NCBI RefSeq assembly: GCF_964213995.1
Contig: NC_135813.1
Span: 61,132,001 to 61,196,000 of the forward strand
Length of the DNA: 64,000 nucleotides
From: Mustelus asterias
Lineage: Eukaryota
Direction of reading: 5' to 3'
The translations under genes were made by a program, and so were the position numbers. Numbering within the stretch: position 1 is the first letter of the stretch; every line of letters starts with the position of its first letter. The notes beneath the pieces were generated by a model. That model was not told the origin of the DNA and searched no databases. It worked only from the letters and a program-made list of their open reading frames with translations. Of this stretch, positions 38,220 through 50,249 are shown piece by piece.

Positions 38220-39700
38220 TCTTAGATGGAAAGATCAAAGATTTTGTAGTAGTTTGGGTTGGGCAAAGAAACAGGAAACGAAGGAAAGCACTGGTGGGAA
38301 TATTTCATATGCCCTCTGAGAGAAAGATGCAAGCCAAGAAAACACAAGGGCTTGTAAGCAAGGCACTGCAATCATGAAATCTTTCCACTTCGTCTAGTTT
38401 GAACGAATCAAATTTCGAAAGCCTGAAGGACGAATTCATAGAGCGTCTTCAGGACATTTCCTTGGGTTAATATTTTATGTAATCAACCTTTTCCAATTTG
38501 CTGATGTATAACGATGTAGGATTAGTCAATGACATCATAGCAAAGGAACATCTGGACAACTGCAATGTTAACATGGTAGGAATTCACATTGAATTTGAGG
38601 GCGAGACCTAAAACGAGTGTCTTCATTTAAAAAAAGGGAAGTACAAGGTTATAAGACAGGATTGGCTAAAATAGACTGGGAACGTGGATTAAAAGAAATG
38701 ACAACGGAGAAATTATGGCAAATATTTAGGGAGGTAATCCAACTCTCAATAAGAAAAAGTCCCATTGAGAAAGGCAGACTATATGGAAAGGACAGACCAT
38801 CCGTACTTGATTATGGAAGTTAAGGATCGCATCAACTTGCAAGAAAAGGTGTACAACGCTACGAAATTAATGGTAGGCCAAAAATTGGGAACGTTCTCCA
38901 AACCAGGAACGAATGACTCAATGCAAATATGGAGAAGTTTGTCAATGAAAGAAAATTAGGAATAAATATAGAAACAATGTTAAAGACGCCACATGTGTAT
39001 AAATTGGGAAAAAGAAACCAAAGCAAGCGCTGATCGTTTAGAGAATGAGACTGTGGACTTAATAATGGGAAAAACGAAGTTCCAAGTCTTGAACAACAGT
39101 TTTGTATGTATCTTCATAGTACAAGGTACAAAAGGCATCCCAACTGCAGCAGTAAATGAAGAGTGCACTTTAGAAACCAAAGAGCAAGAAAGAAAATGTT
39201 TTGGGAAAAAACGTTTCTAAAGGATAACCAGCCAACTGGACCTGCAAGCCGGCATTCTCGGACCTGAAAAGGAGTGGTTGCAGCTTTAATAGATGCATTA
39301 GCTGTAAACTTCCAAGATTCACCGGAAAGATGCCAATATATCTGTAACTGCAAATGTAACACTTCCAGCCAAGAAAGGAGGGAGACAGACTGGAGGAAAC
39401 GATGCGCCAGTTCGTTTAACACCTGTCATTGGCAAAATGCTACGATTCAATATTAACTAAGCTGTAACATGACAATTAGAAAATCACAATACAATTAAGC
39501 AGAGTCAAGATGGTTTTGTGAAAGGGAAATTAAGTTCCTGAAATTTATTAGGATCCATGGACAAACAGAGTTGGCGAACGGTAAAGAAATTTGATGCATT
39601 TTTACTTAGATTTTAAAAATCGTCAAAGTGGCATCTGAAAAGTTATGACTCAAGATAAGAGCTTATGGTATGGGAATGACATATCAGCATGGACAGATAG
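38220..39700 (+). mobile_element. Old degenerate CR1 ORF2
   Basis: Remnants LAKIDW, IDALAVNFQDS, Q.GFVKGK. Confidence 0.65.
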
Positions 39701-39764
39701 CAACAAGATAATGGAGAACCGGGATAGATGGTGGTGATGCTTGTGTGGCTTGCGGTTGAGATAG

Positions 39765-40115
39765 TGGCGCTGTGGTATACCACTGGGCGGGTAATCTAAG
39801 AACCCAAAGCAGAACCTTGACACCTTGGTTCAAATCTCACTACGGCAGAGGGTGAAATTTGAATTCAGTTTAAAAATAACGTGAACTCAAAGCCTAATGA
39901 TGACCTTGAAACCATTGTCGATTGCCGAAACGTCCATCTGGTTCACTAATGTCTTTTTGGGAAGGAAGTCTGCCGTCCTAACCTGATCTGGCCTATATGT
40001 GACTCCAGACCCACGGCAATGTGGTTGACTGTTAAGTGCCCTTTGAAATGGAGGGCAGTTAGGGACGGGCAAAAAATGCTGGTCCAGCCAGCGACGCTCA
40101 CGTCCCGTAAAATGA
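39765..40115 (+). mobile_element. tRNA-derived SINE with a Meta-domain-like core (fragments at ~11380-11540, ~22345-22505, ~49640-49800, ~55130-55330)
   Basis: A/B boxes, core catctggttcactaatgtc..ggaaggaa.tctgccgtcct, and a tail shared with the second LINE family. Confidence 0.7.
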
Positions 40116-40129
40116 ATTTTTTTAAATGG

Positions 40130-40710
40130 TGCGAGTGAAGACGGGTTTTGTACGTGTGTGTGAAGGGCAACGTATGTAAATGCTGGTGGGCATGGACAAT
40201 GGTGAGTATGCATGTATTAGGGTGATGGGGAAAGTTCCTGCGGGGGACTGTTGCGCGTTAGACGGCAGGGTGTCTGTCTGGGGTCTGTGCCGGTGTGCGA
40301 ATGGTGGCGTGTGTGCTCGAGTCTTCCTGGTTATGGGTAGGGGCCGCTTTGTGTGGAAAAGTGAATCAGCGGCTTTCAGGATATGGAATCTGCTTGCAGG
40401 TGTGGGAGTCGCGTATGCATGTGTAAACTACTGTTCGTGAAAGTGAAGGATGGTGTGTGAGAGGAGAGGTTGCGTGGGGTTGCTGTGTGTGTGAGGGGAG
40501 CATGTGGCTTGGGGCGTGTGGCGCGGTATCCTTTGTGTTGTCGTAGACGTGTGTGAGATAGGGAGAAGTGGAGAGAAGTTTGCGTGGGTGGTGGGGGAGA
40601 TGGGGTTTCTTGCGTGCTTGGCGAGTGTGTGTGCGTGGTGTGGAGAACGGCTGTGTGTGACGGCAGCCAATGTGGTGCTGGGGGAAGGGTGATAGGTTTG
40701 TGTGTTTGGA
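40130..40710 (+). repeat. GT-rich low-complexity tract (shorter paralog at ~56970-57100)
   Basis: Degenerate (TG)n/G-rich composition. Confidence 0.7.
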
Positions 40711-41997
40711 TGGAATAAGTCAGTGAGAAGATGCCAGAATTTCCAAGAACCCCGGCTGTCCTAAACATCACACGTTTAGAACCTCGCCTGTTACAGCGAG
40801 AACGAGACAAAATATTTTATTTAACATTCGTCGCCTATTTAAAAAATAATGTCGTGAACTATTTGTGCAGTTCACTGATTATATTATTGAATGTTTGAAT
40901 ATTAAAATAATCTCCCTTATTTGAAGATCTTCTCGTTCTGTTTTCTAAGCAGCAGAAAACAATTGAATGTCATAAGGTTAACTGCCCTAAAGGGCAGCGC
41001 TTCACTTCAATACCACCCTCTGTGTCGCAATGAAAGGAAACCTGGAGGCTCACAATGGTCACACTCTTTGCGCCATGATGCATTCAGTCTTAATGTATGC
41101 ATCAGTATGCAGCATCTCCCGAACCGAAATAGCAGCTTGTCGGGTGCGAGGGTAATGCAACCAGGGTGATTCCAACTGTTGTTTGATACCAAATAAACTA
41201 AATTAATAAACTGAGAGACAAAGTAAAAGGGGCAGCCCTGAATGGGATACTACCCTAAAACAAAACAAATCACAAATGAAGTTTCACATATCAAAGATGA
41301 TTAAGGAGATCGATAAGGCACTACAGTCAAATCAGGTGATTCTAATGTCTCTATAATAAATAACGCATCCCCCCCCCCCCCCCCCCCCGAGTGCTGCAAT
41401 GCAATTTGCGTCATTTCCTCTCTATAAATGCATTCTCCATTCCAACATGGAGTAAAAAGCTGCTCTTCGTTAAAGCAATTTGCGACAATTAGTTTACGGA
41501 ACATTGATATCAAGAATGGTTCATATTTACCCGGTCAGATTTGAAAAATGAATGAGGTCTTCGGCAGTGATGCATCTTAAAATGAGAGAAAATCGAAATC
41601 ACTGAGGCTTGAATAAGGGTTTATGGGACAATGCAAAGGTCTGCTGGCAGCCAACTCTAGACTATAACTTGACGTCCCTTTCAATTGAATAATGCTTAAT
41701 TTTTTATAAAAGAGCAGCATTCGGTTAAATTGCACTGTGCTGCTTTCCTTTCTTAACGGGTCGTCAATGTAACAGATTTTATATGGTCTAACATTTCTGC
41801 TAATACTTAATTAATACCATTTAATTTGAACTTAATCGATATCCCATGGTGAAACGGACAACGCAATTTCTCCTCAACAGTTTCATAGAACAGTACAGCA
41901 CAGAACAGGCCCTTCGGCCCACGACGTTGTGTCATGAATTAGTCTGGTATTTTAAAAAATGCCGAAGATTCGCTAATAAAGGCGTCGATCAGCAATT

Positions 41998-42040
41998 CCA
42001 ATGATCCAATTAAGAGCGGTGACGTGTGGGAAATTTGCAT
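41998..42040 (+). promoter_or_regulatory. VJ3 promoter: two CCAAT, TGACGT (CRE-like), octamer
   Basis: CCAAT 41998-42002 and 42006-42010, TGACGT 42020-42025, ATTTGCAT 42033-42040. Same order upstream of VJ4. Confidence 0.8.
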
Positions 42041-42162
42041 AAATAAAATATGTGAAATGACATCCGGTGGTGTAAATGTTCTTAAAGAGAGATTCAGAAG
42101 CTGCGAATTATTAGTTTCGAGTAAGGAAGCATTCTGTTCTAACCTTGATCATAATTTACAAA

Positions 42163-42698
42163 ATGAGTGAGTGGTTTCGCATTCTCGCCGCCCTGGTGCT
42201 TTGTTTGCAATGTAAGTATGCGATTGTAAGGGACTATTAAAAATTATTTTTGTATTGGCGGTCTTTGTATTCCGCTATTATGGTGCAGCAATTGAGCTTA
42301 TTGGCTTTTAATTAAGGAAACTTACGAAAGGTTCATATTTTATTTCACCAGGTACCAACGCCTGTCCTGTGCTAACTCAGCCAGCGTCCATCTCAACAGT
42401 GGGGAAACCGTCACAATGACAAGAACCATGTGCGGAGGCAGCAGGGGAAGCTACCGCACCAGCTGGTACTGACAGAAACCCGCCAGTGCCCCAGTCTTTG
42501 TTTGGAGGGACTATGATTCTTCCAGAGGTTCGGGGATTCCTGATCGGTTCACTGGATCCAGGGACGCATCGCAAAACGTTATGCATTTAACGATCGTCAA
42601 TGTACAGAGCGCGGATTTCGCTGATTATTATTGTGGCGCCTGGAATACCAGTATTGGTGGATTCACTTTCGGGAAAGGAACTAAACTGAATACAGGCG
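42163..42698 (+). pseudogene. IGL: VJ3 germline-joined lambda pseudogene (second V family): leader 42163-42211, VJ exon 42352-42698
   Basis: Leader MSEWFRILAALVLCLQ|GTAAGT. The VJ exon has an FR1 frameshift, first Cys>Arg and TGA at 42470-42472 (WY*QKP). The 3' part reads GIPDRFTGSRDASQNVMHLTIVNVQSADFADYYCGAWNTSIGGFTFGKGTKLNTG|GT. Confidence 0.92.
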
Positions 42699-45600
42699 GT
42701 AAAAACAATTTTGAATAAGTACATCTGAGATTCTTGAATTTCTATTGCTGAAATTCTGAATTTATCCAGTCGTAGAGAAATAATTTGGGACATCGGTTCA
42801 TTGTTCATTCATTATCTCTTGGTGTTTACAAGGAAGTGCGTTTCTATTTCATTTGCCCCAGTTTGATTATAAGACAGTAATAGTGCATGTTAATCTGCAT
42901 AAGATGCTACTGCGAATCATGTAAGTACTTGTAATTGACTTATGTTTATTCTTGCTGTGCACAGCGCTCGAATAGGGCTTTACAAAACGGCACGGTGCCA
43001 CACTGCTTCGCACAGCTGCGTCACAACGCCAGGGACCCGGGTTGGATTCCGGGCTTGGGTCACTGTCTGCGCACTGTCTGCACGTTATCTCCCTGTCCGC
43101 GTGGGTTTGCTCCGGCTGCTCCGATTTCCTCCCACAGTCTGAAAGACGTGCTGATTAGATGCATTGACCATGCTAAATTTTCCCTGAGTGTACCCGAACA
43201 GGCGCCAGAGTGTGGCGACTAGGGGATTTTCACAGTAACTTCATTGCAGAGTTAATGCAAGCCTACTTGTGACACTAATAAACAATGTTTAACTTTAAAC
43301 TAGAAACATGAAGTGAAATCTTTAACTTGAAATACTTAGAACTGTCCGAATTCGAGAAATAAAATCCCGATAGTGCGGAAGAGGCCAGTGGGCTAATCGA
43401 GTCTGCACCGACTCTCCAACGGACCACACCCAGAGCCTTACACTGTAAGTCCACGTATTTACCCCAGTAATATCCCTAACCTGCACATCCCAGGACACGA
43501 AGGTGCAATTTAGCATGGCCAGTCAACCTAATTTGCACGTCTAGGAGGAAGGCGGAGCACCAGGAGGAATCCCACGCAGACACGCGGTAGAACGTGCAAA
43601 CACCGGACAGTCACCCAAGGCCAGAATTGTCCCGGGTCCCTGGCGCTGTGAGGCAGCAGTACTAACCATAGAGTGTGCACTTTCAGCGAAGATTCACTAA
43701 TTTTGAAACTCAGCGGAAGTGGTTCAGTGAGTGTGAAATTTTCAATATTGTCTCTCATGTCAGTCATTTATTTATGACTTCACTAGCAAGCAGTGAATAA
43801 TAAATAAATCGTAATTGGGTTAGAAACGTAAATATACATCGCAGATTTTAAGAGGTCGATGTCCCTTTTTGAAGACGTGGGATTGAAATTATCCGATGAA
43901 ATGGAAACAGTGTTCTGTTGTCCTACAGAAGACTTTGCAGATGTAGACGGCGATTCGTGGTTTTGTAATTCTGCTATGTAAAGGAACTAGAGAATACTGG
44001 CCGTGGAGAAACTAGTTTAATTTGATAAAGTGAAGGGTTTGGAAAATTATAATCCCCGGGAGCTTGATTGATCGCTGTTAAGAGCTCCCCAAAAATATTT
44101 CCTAGGACTGGACATTTTTCTTGCTTTTTTGTTGCCTAAAATGGGCGGGTGCAAACTGGAGCTGATGTGCAATCATTCGCCTTTCCATCTTTTCTCTGTA
44201 TGCTTATAGCACTGTAAAAATAAAGGCATTGACCCTGCGCAGAGTGTACAACCACTGAAAGACTCGCGCCCTTGAATCAGATCCATTTTATATTAATGGA
44301 ATCGGTATTCAAACATTTTCTCCTGCTTGTAAAATTTATTTACTTCTGTAAGTCAAACATTGTAATCCTACAAATGGTCAGAGAGTAACAAGCGACATTT
44401 TATTGGAATATTTGAAACATGCCGTAGAAAGAACGTCATGATGTATTATACATTGCCCCACTCATGTTGCTTCTTTTACAAATTACCTTTGGAGAAGCCT
44501 TTGAGCAGAGTAGGAGATTACACCTTCAAATGATTTACGCATCAGGCGGATGGTTTGTGTCAGCTCCGAACATTCTGCCGTTCGGGTCACAACATTTTGG
44601 AATTGGTATCATTTTCAGTAGTTCCAATGCACCAGGAACAGGAGCTCCCTTGAGCTGGTCCCACCATTCTATTGGATTACCAATATGCCTAAGTGTCAAC
44701 CAGCTTTGTTCCCGAAAAATGTCGTAACTTTAACCCATCAAAATCTATTGATCCCAGATCTTAAAAAAATGAATTTAAAGAACAGCCACAAAGATCCAGA
44801 GGCGCATTCTCATTTCCATAATCGTTTTTTGAGCCCGTGCTTCCTAATTTTACTCCTTAATGGTCTGGTTCTATTTGTAAGGCATTGCCACCTTGCTCTG
44901 GAATCTCCCGCCACATGAAATGATGATATTGAAGGAGTACAGCATTGTCGTAAATGCCTTCCTTTGGATGAGACCGAGTGTGCGCTCTGAATCTCTTTGC
45001 ACAGTTGGAACAACGTCAAAAATTCACATCACGTACCAACATCAACGGGAACGAATTCGCGCCCGCCCCCCCCCCCCCCCCCCCCGCCTCCCCATCAACG
45101 CCCGCCATCCCCCTCAGCCACCAACATCCACCCCTACCTCAGCTCAATCACTGCGGGAAAAGATCAGGGTTGGCATTTCACGATTCATTTAGGATCAGTG
45201 CACTTGAAACTAAATATGTGCGACAAAATATACCACTCGTTATACCTATGTAACAATATAAACAACAAGATGCGTTCTCTACAGAAGACGATTCCTCTTT
45301 TGATTAGGTAGTTAAATTGTGAACCAACTTGGGGCATTTCGATTAAATAGCATGTATTTACCCGAGTGCATTGGTTGCTCGAGCTTTCAAATAATAACCG
45401 AATGAGCTGTAAGGTATCCAGGCTGGTGCTGTGAAAGATTGAACACACTGGGGCACTTTCTCTCCAAAAGGGAGAGCTGAACAAGGCCTCATGGAGCATT
45501 ATGAAATTAATAAAAAAGCTCGGTAGCTCAGGTGCAGAGAACGCTTTTTTCCCATTTCGTGCTTGTTCAAATACAGCGTTTATAAATATTATATCGCCAC

Positions 45601-46230
45601 TAATAAATTGAATAAAGAATCTGGGAGAAACTTCTTCACTCAGAGAACGATCACAATGCGTAATTTGTCGCCGCATCGTCTGGGCGAGGAGAATAGCGCC
45701 AATGTATTTAGAGCGAAATTAAATAAATGCACGAGGGGGAAATCGAATGAAGGATTTGCAGGTAGGATTAGATGAAGTAGGATGAGAACAGACTACGGTG
45801 AAATAGAAATATCGACAGAAGCAAGTTTGGGGGAATGACCTGTTTCTCTGCTGCTGATTGTAGTAATAATCCAACAAAAGTTGCCGCCTTTGAGCAGTAT
45901 TAAATTTACATCGTAATCCGCGCAACTCGTTTGAACTGAGCATGAAAGGACAATGGAAAGAAAACAAATCCGTGACGTTCGGGTTTGAATCGATATAAAA
46001 ATGAATACTTCGTCGGTTTTCCTTTTCGAAATGCACGGCGCCTTCTGATTTTGAATGGGTTACAGAGTTTTCTAGATCTACGGATTGGATTACATTATAA
46101 AGCTCTAATGTATTATGTATAAATTACATGGTTGGATAGAAAAACCGTTGAAAATGCGAATCGTTTAATTTCGACTGTTTGCATCTAATTAGCATTTGAT
46201 CTTCACAGCTTGTTTTACTTTCCTTTCCAG

Positions 46231-46554
46231 CGACGCGGGCCCCCCAAGGTCTCAGTCCTTCCGCCTACATCGGATCAAACCAAAGAAAAGGACAAGGCCA
46301 CCCTGGTGTGTTTTCTTAACGGCTCCAACCCGGGAGTTGTGGAGGTTCAATGGACTGTAGATGGCAGCGTAGGAGGGAATGATGTGGAGACCAGTCGTGT
46401 ATTGCAGGAGACGGACAACACGTTCAGTGTCAGCAGTTGTCTGACTCTGTCAGCCTCCGAGTGGAACTCACATGAGCTTTGCTCCTGTGTGGTTAAACAC
46501 GAGGCTCCAGCAAACCCACTTAAAACAACTATAGAGAGGTCTCGCTATATCTGA
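46231..46554 (+). pseudogene. IGLC: CL2 constant exon of the VJ3 cluster, probably pseudogenised
   Basis: PKVSVLPPTSDQTKEKDKATLVCFLNGSNPGVVEVQWTVDG...SCVVKHEAPANPLKTTIERSRYI*. A 6-C run after the acceptor puts it out of phase with the phase-1 J donor. The terminal Cys is replaced by Tyr. AATAAA at 46747-46752. Confidence 0.88.
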
Positions 46555-48112
46555 TGCAAGAACTCTTTATAATCGTCTGTAGTAAACATCATGAGAGCGA
46601 AATTCGGACTGAAATGTTGGATTTTATATGAAACGGTCTATTTGAAATTAAAACAAAAATGCCCAGATAGTTTGTTTGAGACTATCGGATGCAACGTGAG
46701 AATGTGCTAATTTTGCAATCATCTCACCTTTTTGCCGCCGCAATGCAATAAAATTATTCTTTCAGTGACTCAGTTGTTATCTTATTTTCTTGCTTTAATA
46801 TCTTCAAAATTGTAACAGTTTTGAAATGTCCTGACTGTGAGACTATTATTTGTAATCTTTTGAAAATTGTCATAAAACCGTCGAGCACTTGATAGAAATG
46901 ACAATTTTGCAAAAGAATGGCAGTCATATAACCTATCAAATGTTCCTTTGGCTAAATTTGTTGTATATTGATTGAAATGCGTTGCGTCTGTGATTGGGAC
47001 GATCATTCGCCCTTGCTTTGCCTGACCGCGGTAAGATGTAATATTAAAAGCAAACAATAATTTATGAGCAGGTTCCCGCGAAACGATAAATCTGGAAGGA
47101 CAACAGCAGCGGACTCATGGGAACACCATCACCTCGAAGTTCCCGTCCAAGTGACTCATTATCTGACTTGGGAATATATCGCTTACCTTCACTATCGCTG
47201 GGCCAAAATCTTGGAACTCCCTCCCTAACAGCACTATGAGTGCCACAGGGACTGTAGTGATGCAATAAGGCAGCTCGCTACCGCCTTCTCAAGGGCAATT
47301 AGGGATGAGCAACAAATGCTGGTCAAGCCAGCGATGCACAGGGCCGTAAAACAAAGGGACAACGCATATTTTGTATGCAGAATTCAATAGATTCCCATTT
47401 GAAAAGGGATCCAAAGAGTACAAGGGTAGACAGGAATGTGGGGTCGAGGCCCATCAAATAGCGAAGGAGAGTCGGGGGCTGTATGGCATAATCCTCTTCC
47501 TAATTCATATGATCATATGTATGTTCGGATTTGAAACTTTTGTGTCTACTTTTATCTTACCTAATTTCTGAACCTTCGGAATCCTTTAATGTGGCCGTGG
47601 TCGCATCAACATTAGTGAATAACCAAGGAAACGAAGAGGTGGTAAAACATTTAGTGACACTCGGTTCTTACTGATTCTATTGTATATCTTCCTAAATCAT
47701 TCGGATTTTCTGATATGATGGACTTCCACCACTGAAAAGGGGAAACTCATTAAACTTCCAAATTAATTGAAAATACCTTAAGAGAATATTCTGAAAACGA
47801 CTTCCATTTCCGAATTCCTATTTCGAAGTGCCCATGTATTTTGCCAGGAATTTATAAGTTGAGATATTTTAACCGCAATATATTCTTCATGTAATGTTAT
47901 AACACGGCCTTTGATTTACCAAGTAAAACATTGCCGTCTGATGGTTCAGGCGCATATGGCGCACGGGGATGGCATTGAAGGATTAGAACAGTTGTAGTAT
48001 TTCAAGTAGGCCACTTTCTGTAGCGTTGGAATTCTTTTCGAAGTGACAATCACATATATAAATGTCTGTGAACCATGCGTTCAAGACTGTTATCTGCCTG
48101 GTAAGGTGTAAG

Positions 48113-49112
48113 AACAAAGAACAAAGAACAAAGAACAATACAGCACAGGAACAGGCCCTTCGGCCCTCCAAGCCCGCGCCGCTCCCCGGTCCAGGATTGA
48201 ATCCTGAATCCAGGATCCCCGCCCAATTTTCCAGCCCATCTTCATCCTAATATCCTATCCACCGAGCTGTCCCTCACAGCTACGATGCTTTGTTCATCAC
48301 AACCTATTAACTCACCCCCACCCCCCCATTCCAGACCATGTGATCTCCAGGGAGAGGCGAAAACCCAGAGTGAAAACCCCAGGGCCAATATGGGGAAAAG
48401 AAATCTGGGAAATTCCTCTCCGACCCCCTGTGGCGATCGAAACGAGTCCAGGAGATCACACTGGCCCTGATCAGAAAATGCTTCCCAACCCTATTCATTT
48501 CCACTTCTGCTTTACGAACACCATCTGAATTCCCTGCCCCCGAGACAGGTTCCCAACTATCCGCAGTCTCGCTCTGTACTGGCACCAGCAAGATGATCAT
48601 AGAATGAAGCCTTGAAACGAGAAACAAAGAACAATTAGCCCGCGCCGCTCCCTGGTCCAAACTAGACCACTCTTTTGTATCCCTCCATTTCCACTCCGTT
48701 CATATAGCTGTCTAGATAAGTCTTAAACGTTCCCAGTGTGTCCGCCTCCACCACCTTGCCCGGCAACACATTCCAGGCCCCCACTACCCTCTGTGTAAAA
48801 TATGTCCTTCTGATATCTGTGTTAAACCTCCCCCCCCCCCCCCCTTCACCTTGAACCTATGACCCCTCGTGAACGTCACCACCGACCCGGGGAAAAGCTT
48901 CCCACCGTTCACCCTATCTATGCCTTTCATAATTTTATACACCTCTATTAAGTCTCCCCTCATCCTCCGTCTTTCCAAGGAGAACAACCCCAGTTTCCCC
49001 AATCTCTCCTCATAACCAAGCCCCTCCATACCAGGCAACATCCTGGTAAACCTCCTCTGTACTCTCTCCAAAGCCTCCACGTCCTTCTGGTAAGCCTCCA
49101 CGTCCTTCTGGT
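48113..49112 (-). mobile_element. CR1 LINE 3' end with ~470-bp extra 3'-UTR cassette
   Basis: RT C-terminus at 48660-49112, cassette at ~48194-48637, (TTGTTCT)n tail, probable TSD GTAAG (48108-48112 and 49111-49115). Confidence 0.9.
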
Positions 49113-50249
49113 AAGCTCGTATCTGGCCATTGGATTTTTACATGTAAAATTGCATCTGTTGCTCAGAAAGTAAGCGTTAATTGGAAACATGTCAGATCAA
49201 CAGTTTGGCTCTTAGTTTCCAGGTCTGATTATCAAATGAATGCTAGGGCACAGCGAGCAGAAAACAAACCGTGACTTAACGCCGAGGCCATCAGAGAGGT
49301 CAATTGGGTCTCCTTCTGGACTTCTTCCATCTATTGTGCTTCGTCTAGCAGAAAGCAGCAGGAATGAAGTGAAAATTATAGCAGAAAATGCTGGATCAAC
49401 TCGGCAGGTCTGACAGCAGTGTGAAGAGAGAAACTCAATTTCTGTATAAGGGTCATATGCATTCGAAAGATGTTAACTCTGTTTCGGTGAAACTGTGTTC
49501 AGTCCATAATAAATTAAGCGTAAATGTCATCAGTACTTTTATTGTGAAATTCAAACGTTTTGATGATAGGTGCAGGCGCAGCATCAAACAAGGGAGCAAG
49601 AACTAATAGTGTAAAGCATGGCATCGGGCAAAATCCAGTTTGATTCATAACAATGGACAAGAATAGTTACAATAACGTTAACCATGAAACCACTGAATTG
49701 TTGAAAAAAATCCCACTTGCTTCAGTAACATCATGCAGGGACGGAAATCTGCAAGCCTTACTTCATATATATGCGCCCCTAAACCGACATACATGCGACT
49801 GACTTTCAATTTCCCACTGAAAAGATACAGAAAGTCGATCAGTTGCAATAAAACAGTACAAAATATCATTATGATAATAAGATCTAACGGATGACCCAAG
49901 CCTCAGGCGCACAAAATGCATAACCAATAGTGTCGATTGTGCGGTCGGTGCAGACTCGATGGGCCGAATGGCCTCCTTCTGCACTGTCAGGATTCTATGA
50001 TTCTATGATTTTATTACTCGAACACTCACTGGCATCATTTACAACCATTTAAATGTTTAAAATGATTTACATTAACGACGAAACCGATTAATGTGCACCA
50101 AAGAAACTAAGGACTAATTCTGTACAGTATTTTTCTTCAAGTTGTTAGTTATTTAAAATCGGGTTCCTCGTGGGTGGTGGAGTAGCCACTTTTACTAACA
50201 CACAGGATTACATAGGACAAACAACACAGAAATAGGTTGCTGGCGCAAA

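Noticed and set aside
48339-48630. Assigning the cassette to a known ribozyme class (hammerhead, HDV-like, twister, pistol)
   Set aside because: I could not place the required catalytic cores on either strand by eye, so it is left as an unassigned structured RNA.
49380-49490. Second Penelope-type hammerhead (also ~11100-11180 and ~13210-13275)
   Set aside because: The core boxes are degenerate (ctgtataag..cgaaagatgt). At most a decayed relic.
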